This document shows positions 27,120 to 37,188 of a stretch of DNA of 64,000 nt, piece by piece; within the stretch, counting starts at the first letter, position 1, and each line of letters starts with the position of its first letter. The notes below the pieces were generated by a model. The model was given only the letters and a program-made list of their open reading frames with translations, was not told the DNA's origin and did not search any database. The position numbers were made by a program, and so were the translations under genes. Source of the stretch: Acidimicrobiales bacterium (lineage in GTDB: Bacteria; Patescibacteriota; Minisyncoccia; Phycocordibacterales; UBA918). The stretch spans positions 640 through 64,639 of the forward strand of contig JBLIMJ010000002.1 of the NCBI GenBank assembly GCA_047638595.1. The letters run 5' to 3'.

Positions 27120-27716
27120 ATCTATATCTACACCTGTGCCTTCTTGTCTTTCTTCGGTTTTTTTACTTCTTTTTTCCGGTCGTTGCCTTTTGCCATATTT
27201 AATTAATTATTTTTTACTTTGATAAGTATACTGCATCGGTGTTTCCAACAATTTCTCCTAGGAAAGGGAGGAATTGGGAAGAAAATTCACAATATGTCTT
27301 CCAGACATTTGCTCATTTCTCTTTTGTCATAACGTTGTACTTAGTACTAATAATGTATTCCCACTATTCTACTATAAATTTTTACATTATAAAATTAAGT
27401 TGTTTTCAGAAGTTCTTCAGACACCACATCCACTTCTCCAACACAGGTCTGAATCAGATATCCTGTTCTTTATCAAAAGTAATAACCTTCGCACAAAATC
27501 TATATTCTGTGCATTTAAAAACTGTAGTGTACGATAAGCATTACCTGAGTCTCAACCGCTATCCCTATCTCCACGACCGAGATGTGCTATGTATTTTTAT
27601 ATCTTCATTTTCTATAAGATACACATCGTGATTATGACCATGTTTAATAAGCGTTATTTTAAGTTTAAGAAATATCCCGCCTGGGATATAAAAGTATTGA
27701 GTTTATTCTCCGCAAT

Positions 27717-28136
27717 CTATAGCTTACATTCTCCTCGTGTATATGAAACGACACTACCTTGCGCACATGCACTACATGCATTGCCAAAAGTTTTTGGTAT
27801 CGGGTCACAGGGGGTGTTAACACATTGAACCTCCAGAAAACCACACACAGGTGCATACTCCATAGTGCACATCTCTGCACGTTTTTGTTTATCCGTGCAA
27901 ACAACCCCAAAAGTATCTGTCTTTACAGGAGGAATCTTATCATCGGTAACAATATCAATATCCTCAACGAGTGTTGAGGTTGAGTTGGGTGCTGATGCCG
28001 GGGTTGAAGTTGAAATTGGTTCCAGTATGGAATCTGGGGATGGCATCGAGGCTGGAGATGGTGCGAAAAAGATGACTGCCAATAGTGTCAGAAAAATACC
28101 TAACACAACAATTTTCTGTAGATTTTCCATATGCAC
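27717..28136 (-). CDS. secreted/anchored small protein with C-terminal Kazal-type serine protease inhibitor-like domain
   Basis: N-terminal TM; CTMEYAPVCG..C.NTPC....TFGNACSACAQGSVVSYTRGEC cysteine spacing. Confidence 0.55.
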   Translation of the reverse strand: MHMENLQKIVVLGIFLTLLAVIFFAPSPASMPSPDSILEPISTSTPASAPNSTSTLVEDIDIVTDDKIPPVKTDTFGVVCTDKQKRAEMCTMEYAPVCGFLEVQCVNTPCDPIPKTFGNACSACAQGSVVSYTRGECKL

Positions 28137-28544
28137 AAATTATCCTCTTTTATTTTAAAAAAGCAACATGCAAAAAGGCCACAGAAATTCCGTGACCTTC
28201 TACCTAAATCGCAAATTATTAAAATTTAAAATTTAATGTGACGCAAAATAGCATCATTTATCGATAGCCTACCTCAGCTTCAATACAAGCTGTTCTGGTG
28301 AAATACACCATACCGTAACTATCTACATAATATACTTTTTGGTTAATAATCCTTGTGGTCATCTTGACTCCTTATATAGTTTGAATTATAGAAAGCCAAG
28401 GGAATCATTCCCCTATAATGAACTTTCTACTTCCTACATTACCTCTATTATTTATTTTTATCAAGCAAAACTCGTGTCAAGGGGAACCCGTGACACTCTG
28501 ATAGACAACTCAGGATGCTCTCTAGATGGATCTTGTACAGGGTG

Positions 28545-30032
28545 TTACTTCTTATCTAAATCAAGAGTCTCATCAACATGAATCTGATCTACAAAGTCTG
28601 GCACATGGGATACAAGCATCATCGCTCCTTCATAGTCATGAAGTGCTTTTGCGATTACGGGAATATGGCGGAAGTTAATATGGTTGGTTGGCTCATCAAG
28701 AATCAACAGTCCAGGTTTCAGTAGCACTAAACGTGCAAATGCTACCAATCCTTTTTGCCCTTCAGAAAGAAGTCCGATGCGTGTTTTGATAATATCTCGA
28801 TTGATTAAAAAACCAGCAGCAACTGAACGCATGTCTTCTTCAATCTTCTTGTCCATAACCTCCATCAAACAGTCAAACACCGTCTGGTCAAAGTCGAGGT
28901 TTGAGAAGTCTTGACGGTAGTACCCGATAGTAACTCCAGGGGTTACTTCCTCACCAGTTGCATGCCCTGACGCTAGTGACTCAAGTAGTGTTGTTTTTCC
29001 AATACCATTGGGACCGACTATTTGTAAGTGACGCCCGCGCTTAAGCACGAGGTCACAGGGTACATCTTTAGGGTTGTGATTACGGATTACTTTATATGAA
29101 GTAAGTTTGAGTATATCCGTAGGGATATCTGTTTGTACAGGAATAGTAAAAGAACGAATAGTTTTATCTTCTTTTCGGACGTCTACTTTATTCTCTTCAA
29201 AGTCATCAACCTTTTCACGCATACGCTTTGCGACCATACGCATACCTCCCCCCTTGTTTGCAAAGAAGTTTGCCTTGTCTTTGTTTGCCTGAATCTCTTT
29301 TTCAAGTTGTGCATTTTTTCGTTTTTCCTTGTCCACCCGTAGCGCAATCTCTTTGATTACGTCATTGTAGTTTCCATCATACTGTTCAACCGTTCTATTT
29401 TGTGTATTTAAGTACAACACTCCCTGTGTGAAAGCATTAAGGAAAGCGGAATCGTGAGAAATAACAATAACGGTCTTCCTATATTCTCGAAGGAATTCTG
29501 TAAGGTGCTCAATCCCCTCTGTATCAAGGTTGTTGGTCGGCTCATCAAGAAGAAGTACGTCTGGATTTTGAATAAGTGCAGATGCCAGGAGGAGTCGTGC
29601 TTGCTGACCGCCGGAAAAACTTCCGATGATACGCTCCTTAAATGGCGCAACCATTTCAGGGTTCTTTGGAGCAAGATTTACCACCTCAAGAATATCGTCA
29701 ATCTTTGGGTCGATATCGTACACCTTTTCCTCAAAACACTTTTCAAAAAAAGCTCGGAGTGTTAACTCTAACTCGTCACGGGGGATTGTCTGACGTGAGA
29801 TAGCAATACTTGTTCGCGGCATGATGTTGATGTCTCCCAAGTCAGGCTTAAGAACGCCGGTGATAAGCGCAAAGAGTGTACTCTTCCCTGCACCGTTTTG
29901 GCCCATGAGTGTAAATTTCGCTCCTCGGCGAACAGAAAAACTCGACTCGATAAGAATCGGCTTTGTAGCATCGTGTTCATACGATACGTCATTGAATGAT
30001 ATGAGTCCTGCAGCTTTTGACATAGTGGGCAT
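28545..30032 (-). CDS. ABC-F family ATPase (two tandem ABC domains, no TMD)
   Basis: two Walker A (GQNGAGKST, GPNGIGKTT), two LSGGQ-type signatures (FSGGQQ, LSEGQK). Confidence 0.85.
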   Translation of the reverse strand: MPTMSKAAGLISFNDVSYEHDATKPILIESSFSVRRGAKFTLMGQNGAGKSTLFALITGVLKPDLGDINIMPRTSIAISRQTIPRDELELTLRAFFEKCFEEKVYDIDPKIDDILEVVNLAPKNPEMVAPFKERIIGSFSGGQQARLLLASALIQNPDVLLLDEPTNNLDTEGIEHLTEFLREYRKTVIVISHDSAFLNAFTQGVLYLNTQNRTVEQYDGNYNDVIKEIALRVDKEKRKNAQLEKEIQANKDKANFFANKGGGMRMVAKRMREKVDDFEENKVDVRKEDKTIRSFTIPVQTDIPTDILKLTSYKVIRNHNPKDVPCDLVLKRGRHLQIVGPNGIGKTTLLESLASGHATGEEVTPGVTIGYYRQDFSNLDFDQTVFDCLMEVMDKKIEEDMRSVAAGFLINRDIIKTRIGLLSEGQKGLVAFARLVLLKPGLLILDEPTNHINFRHIPVIAKALHDYEGAMMLVSHVPDFVDQIHVDETLDLDKK

Positions 30033-30114
30033 TATCCTACCTTATTCTGATAGAAAAGAAAGGTGGCCCGCCGGAAATGTCCGGACGGGCCACAAATGTG
30101 CATGCACGCAATAA

Positions 30115-30480
30115 TTATAGTTCGGCATACGAATCTTTTTCAAGTCGTATGTAGCTACCTGTCTGATGATCAAAATCAGAAATCTCTTTATCTGAAATCC
30201 TCTCATCGGGACTGAGATCGCGCAATGCACGTATCAACAACCCTTTTGCGACAGCGACATCATCATCACCCCAGACATAGTCGATTGCATGTTGTTGAAC
30301 CTCATTTTTATCCAAGATACGGACTTCAGAGCCAACCAATGCATCGCCAACAACGCTCGAGAGACCTTCTGGTGCGGCCACAATACGGGCGTGTCTGAAA
30401 CAGACATCTACCTGAGATTCTTCAGTAGACCTAACCGCTAAGTCATCATTGGTACTGTTCGGAACTTCGGTAAAATTCAT
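30115..30480 (-). CDS. hypothetical protein
   Basis: ORF only. Confidence 0.4.
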   Translation of the reverse strand: MNFTEVPNSTNDDLAVRSTEESQVDVCFRHARIVAAPEGLSSVVGDALVGSEVRILDKNEVQQHAIDYVWGDDDVAVAKGLLIRALRDLSPDERISDKEISDFDHQTGSYIRLEKDSYAEL

Positions 30481-30542
30481 CTTACTTCCTCCCTGTGCAA
30501 ATCAGTCTGACTATACCACATATATGTCTAAAGAAAAGAGTT

Positions 30543-31010
30543 TTAACCTTCTGAAGTAATCGCGTTGATAATATCAGTAATGGTTCCGTCGGTTGATAAA
30601 TCAACGCCAATACGTTTTGAGGTATTTAGTAAGAGTGTTTCAATGCCTGCTCGAGTCACTGCACCTGCTGCACTGTGAATCAACTTTGTCTCATCGAGTT
30701 TGTGTTCAAGCTGACCTTCGATGACTATATATTCCCCAATACTTGCTTCCACTCCATCAAAGTCAGTTTCGACTAACCCCGGCAATACTTTCAGGAACAT
30801 TGCAGGCTCATACCCTTCAATAGGCATACCGATTTTTTTACGTACCTCATCTTCAAGTGTGAAGCGAAATACATCTACAACATCAGCGTTAATTCTTTCA
30901 GGCGCTTCAGCCTGCTGTTCGGTCTTCACGAGCAAATCTAACCCACCAGAAAATACAAAAATTGCATTAAAAACAATAACAAGCGCTACGACAATGAGAA
31001 CATTCTTCAT
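30543..31010 (-). CDS. hypothetical membrane-anchored/secreted protein
   Basis: N-terminal hydrophobic segment. Confidence 0.45.
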   Translation of the reverse strand: MKNVLIVVALVIVFNAIFVFSGGLDLLVKTEQQAEAPERINADVVDVFRFTLEDEVRKKIGMPIEGYEPAMFLKVLPGLVETDFDGVEASIGEYIVIEGQLEHKLDETKLIHSAAGAVTRAGIETLLLNTSKRIGVDLSTDGTITDIINAITSEG

Positions 31011-31074
31011 GCCAAAAGTATACCACTTTATAAAAAGTCACCACAGAGCGCGCCTGACAGTATATAATGTAGGT

Positions 31075-32079
31075 ATGAAATGGATGTTTTCTATTTTTTT
31101 ATTTGGTGCTTTCATATTACCTGTTTTTGCGCAGGAGTTTAATGCTGGGTTTGTCCAAGGGCTATGGTACTCAGAGGAAAACGTTTTTGCAGATAAGACA
31201 GTCCGTGTGTACGTTGCTATACGAAACAATACTGGAAGTGATCTAACAGGAACTGTTAACTTCTATGATAATGACAAAAAAATTGGGAGTTCTGAAGTAT
31301 CGGCACTTGACGGCCGTATTATTGAAAGTTGGATTGACTGGACACCAACCGCAGGAGAACATACTGTATCAGCCTCTCTTTCTCGAACAAAACTTCATGC
31401 AGTGGGCGAGAGCGCTGAAGTAGTAACGGTCACTGACTCTCTTGCTAAAGATGCGCTTATTGTAGACTTTGATACTGATGACGATGGTGTCGGGAACGAA
31501 GAAGATGTTGACGATGACGGTGACGGCATTAGTGACGCAGTAGAAAAAAGAAACGGCACTGACCCTCTTGAGTTTAATGCACCAGAGCCCGAAGCTGTTT
31601 CCACTACCGAAGAAGCTGGTTCTACTGAAGATACACAAACTAGCACAAGTACCACAGTAGCTGAGGGTATCGAACATTATCTCACCCCTTCACGAGCAGA
31701 CTCAATGCTTGGAGGAATCACCCAGTTTGTAAATACAAAGAAAAAAGACTTAGACGAATACCGTCAGTCACGCGCGGTAGCAAGAGGAACTCAAACAGAA
31801 CCAGTCCCCGAAATAACTGTAAATGAAGATGGTTTTGGTGAAATCGTCCGCTCTACTGAACAGCTTGAAAAAGAACCCCCAAAAGTCGAAAAGCCCGGAG
31901 GATTTCTCGGTGATATCATCACCTTCATCGGCACTATCTTAGGAGGTATCTACACTGGTGTCCTTGCAGCCCTCTCCTTCTACCTCGGCCACCCCGTAAT
32001 CGTCCAACTCTCTCTCCTTTTCCTTATTCTTTTCGCAATGTTCAAAGTGGCCCAAAAACTCAGCGCTCGACCACAGTAA
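31075..32079 (+). CDS. secreted, C-terminally membrane-anchored protein with thrombospondin-type-3-like Asp-rich calcium-binding repeats
   Basis: signal peptide MKWMFSIFLFGAFILPVFAQE; DTDDDGVGNEEDVDDDGDGISD; C-terminal TM. Confidence 0.6.
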   Translation: MKWMFSIFLFGAFILPVFAQEFNAGFVQGLWYSEENVFADKTVRVYVAIRNNTGSDLTGTVNFYDNDKKIGSSEVSALDGRIIESWIDWTPTAGEHTVSASLSRTKLHAVGESAEVVTVTDSLAKDALIVDFDTDDDGVGNEEDVDDDGDGISDAVEKRNGTDPLEFNAPEPEAVSTTEEAGSTEDTQTSTSTTVAEGIEHYLTPSRADSMLGGITQFVNTKKKDLDEYRQSRAVARGTQTEPVPEITVNEDGFGEIVRSTEQLEKEPPKVEKPGGFLGDIITFIGTILGGIYTGVLAALSFYLGHPVIVQLSLLFLILFAMFKVAQKLSARPQ

Positions 32080-32088
32080 TATCTAATT

Positions 32089-32691
32089 ATGAACAAATCA
32101 TTGATACAATTTATTGTAAATTTGCTGATTGTTTTTTCATTAATATTCTCCAGTGAAAATAATCTTGCTTGGATACTATATGCACTGTTTGCTGAATGGC
32201 TAGTCTTAGTTGCGATAAGTCTCCATAAAGTATATTACGTAAATGCAAACAGGCACTCATTCTTATCAGCAGACGACCATGCAAGAGTATTTTGGGCAGC
32301 AGTGGGACTTGTTAACCTATTTAGTCTTTATGCCTTCATGATTCTTTCTGCACAGTTTGCACCGTTTAATATAGGTTATCTAACATATTTGTTACCCATC
32401 AGTATCTATCTGAGACAATACTGGACATACAAAAAATATTTTATAAAGGAAGGAAAGTGGCAAGACATAACCACAGGTAGTCTCATAAAAACATTTTACC
32501 TAAACATGTTTCCATTCTGTCTGCTAGGTGTATATACAATGTTATCAGAAATGACCACGTTACCCATATTAAATATTGAACTACTCTACTTTTTGATATT
32601 TATATACTTACTGAAGTTACTAATTGAGTTACTGGAAATAAACACCACTAGCAAACCAGGACCAGTGATCATGAATAGTAAGTTACATTAA
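32089..32691 (+). CDS. hypothetical polytopic membrane protein
   Basis: 5-6 TM helices. Confidence 0.5.
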   Translation: MNKSLIQFIVNLLIVFSLIFSSENNLAWILYALFAEWLVLVAISLHKVYYVNANRHSFLSADDHARVFWAAVGLVNLFSLYAFMILSAQFAPFNIGYLTYLLPISIYLRQYWTYKKYFIKEGKWQDITTGSLIKTFYLNMFPFCLLGVYTMLSEMTTLPILNIELLYFLIFIYLLKLLIELLEINTTSKPGPVIMNSKLH

Positions 32692-32771
32692 AATAATAGT
32701 GTCGGATTTTAGTACCACAACCGCCCCTTGCAAAAGTTTTATTTCCTAAGAGAGGCTTATATTTCCACCAA

Positions 32772-33302
32772 TTATAGCGGCTGCAGAGCAGCAAATATAG
32801 TAACTGCAAACGTTCCCATAAAAATTGCCAGATATATCCATTTCCAGCTTTTCTTTGAGAACTGCTCAGGTGAGTCTTTCAAGCTTTCGTACTCACCTTC
32901 CACCTGGATACCTTGGGCAATAAGTTTTTTAAGAAATTGCACTGCAAGATAACGCTCGTTTGACACAGTCTTAAGTGCAGAAAACTGATATCTATTGTCG
33001 CTGTATTTAATAGCCAGCAACTTAGGATTAGGGTTCCACGTTGTCATCTTCCGATCAAAATCAATTTTTTTATCATAAAATGCAGAATTTCTTTTAAGAT
33101 TCTTATAGTCTTCATATACTTCAGAAAATTCTGAAGTATTAAGTAGCTTAGTTTGACCACCAATAAAAGCTGCCTTTATCTCATGAGTATCACTGCTATC
33201 AATAATTGATTCAATAGTAGTAAGTGCTGGCTGTACATATTTTTGTGGATCAGGCTTATTGTTCATCATGTCTATTCTTACAGAACTTACACAAATTGTC
33301 AC
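32772..33302 (-). CDS. hypothetical protein with C-terminal TM
   Basis: ORF. Confidence 0.45.
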   Translation of the reverse strand: MTICVSSVRIDMMNNKPDPQKYVQPALTTIESIIDSSDTHEIKAAFIGGQTKLLNTSEFSEVYEDYKNLKRNSAFYDKKIDFDRKMTTWNPNPKLLAIKYSDNRYQFSALKTVSNERYLAVQFLKKLIAQGIQVEGEYESLKDSPEQFSKKSWKWIYLAIFMGTFAVTIFAALQPL

Positions 33303-33438
33303 TATCTACCCAGACTGTCTCACTCCACCCAAACAGCTTCCTCTTAAACCAATACCCTTCAGGTTGTCTTTAAGATACTTTATATAATTAGTGAACCATT
33401 TTTTCATATTTATAGTCTGTCGAAAATTAAAAGTTTTA

Positions 33439-33657
33439 CTGGGAACTGAGATTTTTTAAACGGGACAAGGTGAGCTGGACACAGCTCAAGACCTTTTGAG
33501 GTATTTTGAAGAATGAAAAATATCCAAAATATGTACAGTTTCTGTAAGAAAAAGGCCTAGAAATTTGTGAGTCGTACTTTGGGTACGGTGAACAAATTTT
33601 TGGACCTTTTAACGTCGTCTGGTGCAGAAAATGTCTGTTACCAATGGTAAATTTCAT
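33439..33657 (-). repeat. distal copy of rpsG-downstream module (includes degraded rpsG 3-prime end HW* and hairpin-in-hairpin with GAGTCGTAC..GTACGGTGAAC)
   Basis: aligns with 33763-33900 with a 90-bp insertion. Confidence 0.7.
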
Positions 33658-33762
33658 TTTGAAATGCACCCCAGGAGTATTTCCATTTTTATAGTCACCT
33701 CGTTCCTTAAAAATTGGGCAAATAAGAGGTAGCGAACAAAAAAAACATACAGTCAAATAGTA

Positions 33763-33900
33763 AGAATGCAACCTGGGAACTGAGATTTTCAAAAGCAGAC
33801 AAGGCAAAAGGCCCAAAAATTTGCGAGCCGTACATTGGTACGGTGAACAAATTTTTGGGCCTTTTAACGCCGTCTGGTGCAGAAAATGTCTGTTACCAGG
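33763..33900 (-). repeat. proximal copy of rpsG-downstream module overlapping true rpsG stop; contains perfect 18-bp outer stem AAAAGGCCCAAAAATTTG/CAAATTTTTGGGCCTTTT (33806-33865) with inner CCGTAC-ATTG-GTACGG
   Basis: read from sequence. Confidence 0.7.
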
Positions 33901-34366
33901 CGAAGTGGGCAAATGCTCGGTTAGCCTCTGCCATCTTGTGCGTATCCTCCTTCTTCTTCACTGCAGCTCCTTCTTCTTTAGCTGCAAGCATGAGTTCTGA
34001 AGCGAGTGCCTTGAACATTGGTACGCCCTTCTGACTTCGAGAAGCCTTGATGAGTGCACGTAGTGCAAGTGCGAGTCGTCGTTCGAGACGAACTTCGCGA
34101 GGTACTTGGTAGTTTGCACCACCAACACGTCGTGACCGTACTTCCATCTGCGGACCAGCGTTTCGAACTGCTGTATCAAAGATTTCAATTGGATCACCAC
34201 CACCTTCTTTTGCATCCTTTATTACATCGAATGCTCCATACACGATTTTTCGTGCAGTTTCTTTTTGACCGTTAAGCATCACGTAGTTGATGAGTCGTTC
34301 AACATCTACTGAACCAAACTTCATGTCTGGCTTGACGATTGGTCGTTTCTTTATTGGTCGTCGCAT
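33893..34366 (-). CDS. rpsG: 30S ribosomal protein S7
   Basis: [14 protein letters not shown].. Confidence 0.93.
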   Translation of the reverse strand: MRRPIKKRPIVKPDMKFGSVDVERLINYVMLNGQKETARKIVYGAFDVIKDAKEGGGDPIEIFDTAVRNAGPQMEVRSRRVGGANYQVPREVRLERRLALALRALIKASRSQKGVPMFKALASELMLAAKEEGAAVKKKEDTHKMAEANRAFAHFAW

Positions 34367-34552
34367 ATTGTTATTAATTAATGCGAATGAGAAATTGGCA
34401 TAAACCTATTTTCATTCTTCGCATAGTTTGGCTCCGAACCCTTGGGAGGTTGAACCGCGTCTACTATCTGTAGCGAATATAAACTATTTGTAATTGGCCC
34501 CGGGGACACCGTCCCCCTTCTAAATCTGAAAGAAATTGTTTTCTAGCGCGGC

Positions 34553-34632
34553 AGGCAAGAAATTTTTCATGAGTCGTACGTATAGTACGGTGAATGAAAA
34601 ATTATCGAAGCCTAACAAAGCTAGGAAGCAAT
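34553..34632 (-). promoter_or_regulatory. rpsL-rpsG intercistronic structured module (ggcaggcaagaaa plus AATTTTTCAT[GAGTCGTAC-GTATA-GTACGGTGA]ATGAAAAATT)
   Basis: same family as secY/rpsG terminator modules; position matches the known S7 autoregulatory site of str operons. Confidence 0.5.
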
Positions 34633-35046
34633 TTATTCAGATTTAGGCATTTTAGCTCCGTATCGTGACCGCCCTCGTCTCCGCGCATCCACACCTGTAG
34701 CGTCGTACTTTCCTCGTACAACAGTGTAGTTCACACCAATGTCCTTCACACGTCCACCTCGTACAAGTACCACAGAGTGTTCTTGTAGAGTGTGACCAAT
34801 ACCTGGGATGTACGCTGTAATTTCCTGACCGTTTGAAAGTCGTACTCGAGCAATCTTTCGAATCGCAGAGTTCGGCTTACGCGGAGTCTTTGTAGTTACA
34901 CGTGTACACACCCCTCGCTTAAATGGCGAGTTGTATGCGGTTGGTTTGTTCTCAATTGAGTTAAAACCAGACTGAAGAGCACCAGTTTTTGACTTGGTTG
35001 CTTTATCACGTCGTCGCTTTCTTGTTAATTGATTTATTGTTGCCAT
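34633..35046 (-). CDS. rpsL: 30S ribosomal protein S12
   Basis: [10 protein letters not shown]..; PKKPNSA-like region. Confidence 0.95.
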   Translation of the reverse strand: MATINQLTRKRRRDKATKSKTGALQSGFNSIENKPTAYNSPFKRGVCTRVTTKTPRKPNSAIRKIARVRLSNGQEITAYIPGIGHTLQEHSVVLVRGGRVKDIGVNYTVVRGKYDATGVDARRRGRSRYGAKMPKSE

Positions 35047-35189
35047 ATTAGCCCCGATACAATACTACATATACAATAATTTGCAACGAAAAAACCCGCA
35101 CGCACGCACAGGTTTTCCTTTTCTTGATCGTGATAAGCTTTCTTACTTCAACATTCGCTATAACAACATGTCTTGTTTCCTTATATGTA

Positions 35190-35828
35190 CTAAAAGGCTC
35201 GTACTCCTGTAAAGAGTTCGAGTAACATACCTACTAACGTTGAAAATGGCCCCCAAAGTACTTGAATGAAGATAAAAATGAAGATAAATGTCACAAAAAA
35301 GCCAAATTTTTCAATATAAGCAGTCATTTGACGATATTTCTGTTGAGCGTGAAATGGAAGTACTGCAAGAAGTATTTTTGATCCATCAAGTGGTGGTAAA
35401 GGAAGCATATTGAAACAGGCAAGCAGGAGGTTTATATAGACAATGGTCAGAGATAAATCAATGAACGCTGGGGAGAGTTCAAGGTATCCTGACATGCGTA
35501 TAATTATCGAGAAAATAAAAGCCAGGAGTATGTTCACCGCAGGTCCTGCCGCAGCAACTAGTGCCTCTCCCCACTTTTGATTACTCAGGTTATAAGGATT
35601 ATACGGAACTGGCTTTGCCCATCCAAATAAGATTCCGGCGTTACTAAAAAACAACAATGCGGGGATAATAATTGACCCTAAAGGATCCAAGTGTACCAAC
35701 GGATTACCTGAAAGGCGCCCCTGCAGGCGCGCAGTTGGGTCACCAAGAGCGTTCGCTGCATACGCGTGGGCCATCTCGTGTAAGACAATTGAAAGTATAA
35801 GTGCTGCAATAATTGCTATCTGTTCCAT
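35190..35828 (-). CDS. M50-family (site-2 protease-like) membrane metalloprotease
   Basis: LHEMAHAY HExxH in TM helix; 212 aa polytopic. Confidence 0.75.
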   Translation of the reverse strand: MEQIAIIAALILSIVLHEMAHAYAANALGDPTARLQGRLSGNPLVHLDPLGSIIIPALLFFSNAGILFGWAKPVPYNPYNLSNQKWGEALVAAAGPAVNILLAFIFSIIIRMSGYLELSPAFIDLSLTIVYINLLLACFNMLPLPPLDGSKILLAVLPFHAQQKYRQMTAYIEKFGFFVTFIFIFIFIQVLWGPFSTLVGMLLELFTGVRAF

Positions 35829-35919
35829 ATATATGTAGTTATGTGTGCCTTATACTACGTATTTATGCTTGCAATATCAAGTTGACATGGTAGTATAGCG
35901 CCACTAAACAACGATTTAT

Positions 35920-36162
35920 ATGGCAAAAGTATGCGCAATCACAGGGAAAAAAACCCAAATAGGGGGACGATATAGTAACCGCACTCGTGCGACGCAATTT
36001 AACCCTTGCGGGAAAGTAGCTCGACAACCAAACCTCCAGAAGAAACGAATCTTCGTACCAGAACTTGATACACACGTAGTGGTCAAAGTATCTACCAAAG
36101 CTTTACGAACTATCGCAAAGAACGGAGCGTACGTTACACTCAAGAAAGCAAAGCTTATCTAA
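35920..36162 (+). CDS. rpmB: 50S ribosomal protein L28
   Basis: MAKVCAITGKKTQIGGRYSNRTRATQ. Confidence 0.85.
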   Translation: MAKVCAITGKKTQIGGRYSNRTRATQFNPCGKVARQPNLQKKRIFVPELDTHVVVKVSTKALRTIAKNGAYVTLKKAKLI

Positions 36163-36198
36163 ACCTCTAAAATCAAAGTATCTACTTTGGCACAGAGT

Positions 36199-36240
36199 AA
36201 AAAACTCTCATCTTACCTGCAGGTAAGATGAGAGTTTTTT
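36199..36240 (+). terminator. 19-bp perfect stem AAAAAACTCTCATCTTACC-TGCA-GGTAAGATGAGAGTTTTTT
   Basis: read from sequence. Confidence 0.7.
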
Positions 36241-36274
36241 CATTATGGAATAATTCTGATGTAACATGCTGAAT

Positions 36275-37138
36275 TTATTGCTTCCAAATCTGCGTTCCGT
36301 CACTCTCAAGTGTAACTGTTCCCTCCTCTGCCGTGCTGTATGTCTCAACTCCATGATTAAACAACATGTCAGTAACCTCTACATGTGGATGTCCATAGCG
36401 ACTATCTTTTTCGGCAGAGACTATCGCAAGCTGTGGATCAACGGTTGTGAGGAATAACTCTGATGTAGAGGTGCGAGAGCCATGATGCCCCACTTTCAGA
36501 ACATCACTTTGCAGTGAACTTCCGATACTCTCCACTAAGTATTCTTCAATATTTTTAGGTGAATCACCTGTAAGAAGTACTGCAGTATCTCCGTAGATCA
36601 ATTGTAGAACAATAGACGATGTATTACTCTCCATATTTGACGCATCATTCACCGGAAAAAGAACCTGTAGTGTGACAGAGTCTCCCAATGTGAACATTTG
36701 CCCACTTCTGGCAAAAATAATCTCAGCCCCCTCTTCATCAATTGCAGTTCTATATACCGCAGCGGTTCCGCTATTACCTTCATTTTCAGTAGTCAGAACT
36801 GTGTCTACTTCGTACCTCTCTAATACGTCTATCAAACCGCCAATATGATCGGTGTCTGGATGAGTACCAATAACCATATCTATATTTCTATCGAAAAATG
36901 ACATCCGCTGTGATAATGCGCGCAAAACACTACTATTGGAACCACCATCAATGAGCACCTCTACCCCATCAGGAGTTTGTATAAAAATTGCATCCCCTTG
37001 TCCAACATCCAGAAAGTGAACTTTGAGATTCTGCCCGGTATGAGCTTCGCTCATACCGGGCAGAATCCATACTACCGGTACACACAAACCCAGAATTAAA
37101 AGTACCATTATTCGTATGCGCACAACCGTATCATTCAT
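36275..37138 (-). CDS. metallo-beta-lactamase-fold protein corresponding to the ComEC C-terminal domain, with N-terminal TM/signal
   Basis: HFLDVGQGDAIFI..IDMVIGTHPDTDHIGGL. Confidence 0.75.
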   Translation of the reverse strand: MNDTVVRIRIMVLLILGLCVPVVWILPGMSEAHTGQNLKVHFLDVGQGDAIFIQTPDGVEVLIDGGSNSSVLRALSQRMSFFDRNIDMVIGTHPDTDHIGGLIDVLERYEVDTVLTTENEGNSGTAAVYRTAIDEEGAEIIFARSGQMFTLGDSVTLQVLFPVNDASNMESNTSSIVLQLIYGDTAVLLTGDSPKNIEEYLVESIGSSLQSDVLKVGHHGSRTSTSELFLTTVDPQLAIVSAEKDSRYGHPHVEVTDMLFNHGVETYSTAEEGTVTLESDGTQIWKQ

Positions 37139-37188
37139 TATCTGCCATGATACACTACAAGGTAATTACACATTACAATTTATATATC

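Noticed and set aside
27130-27198. 22-aa basic peptide ORF (MAKGNDRKKEVKKPKKDKKAQV) on minus strand immediately followed by terminator 27092-27119
   Set aside because: Attractive because of the perfect terminator right after its stop, but no SD-like sequence and too short to evaluate; left as a note only.
33436-33912. 158-aa ORF on the minus strand
   Set aside because: It reads straight through the two copies of the rpsG-downstream repeat module; the repeated peptide segments ([19 protein letters not shown]) are a by-product of DNA repetition and strong RNA-type hairpins. No RBS.
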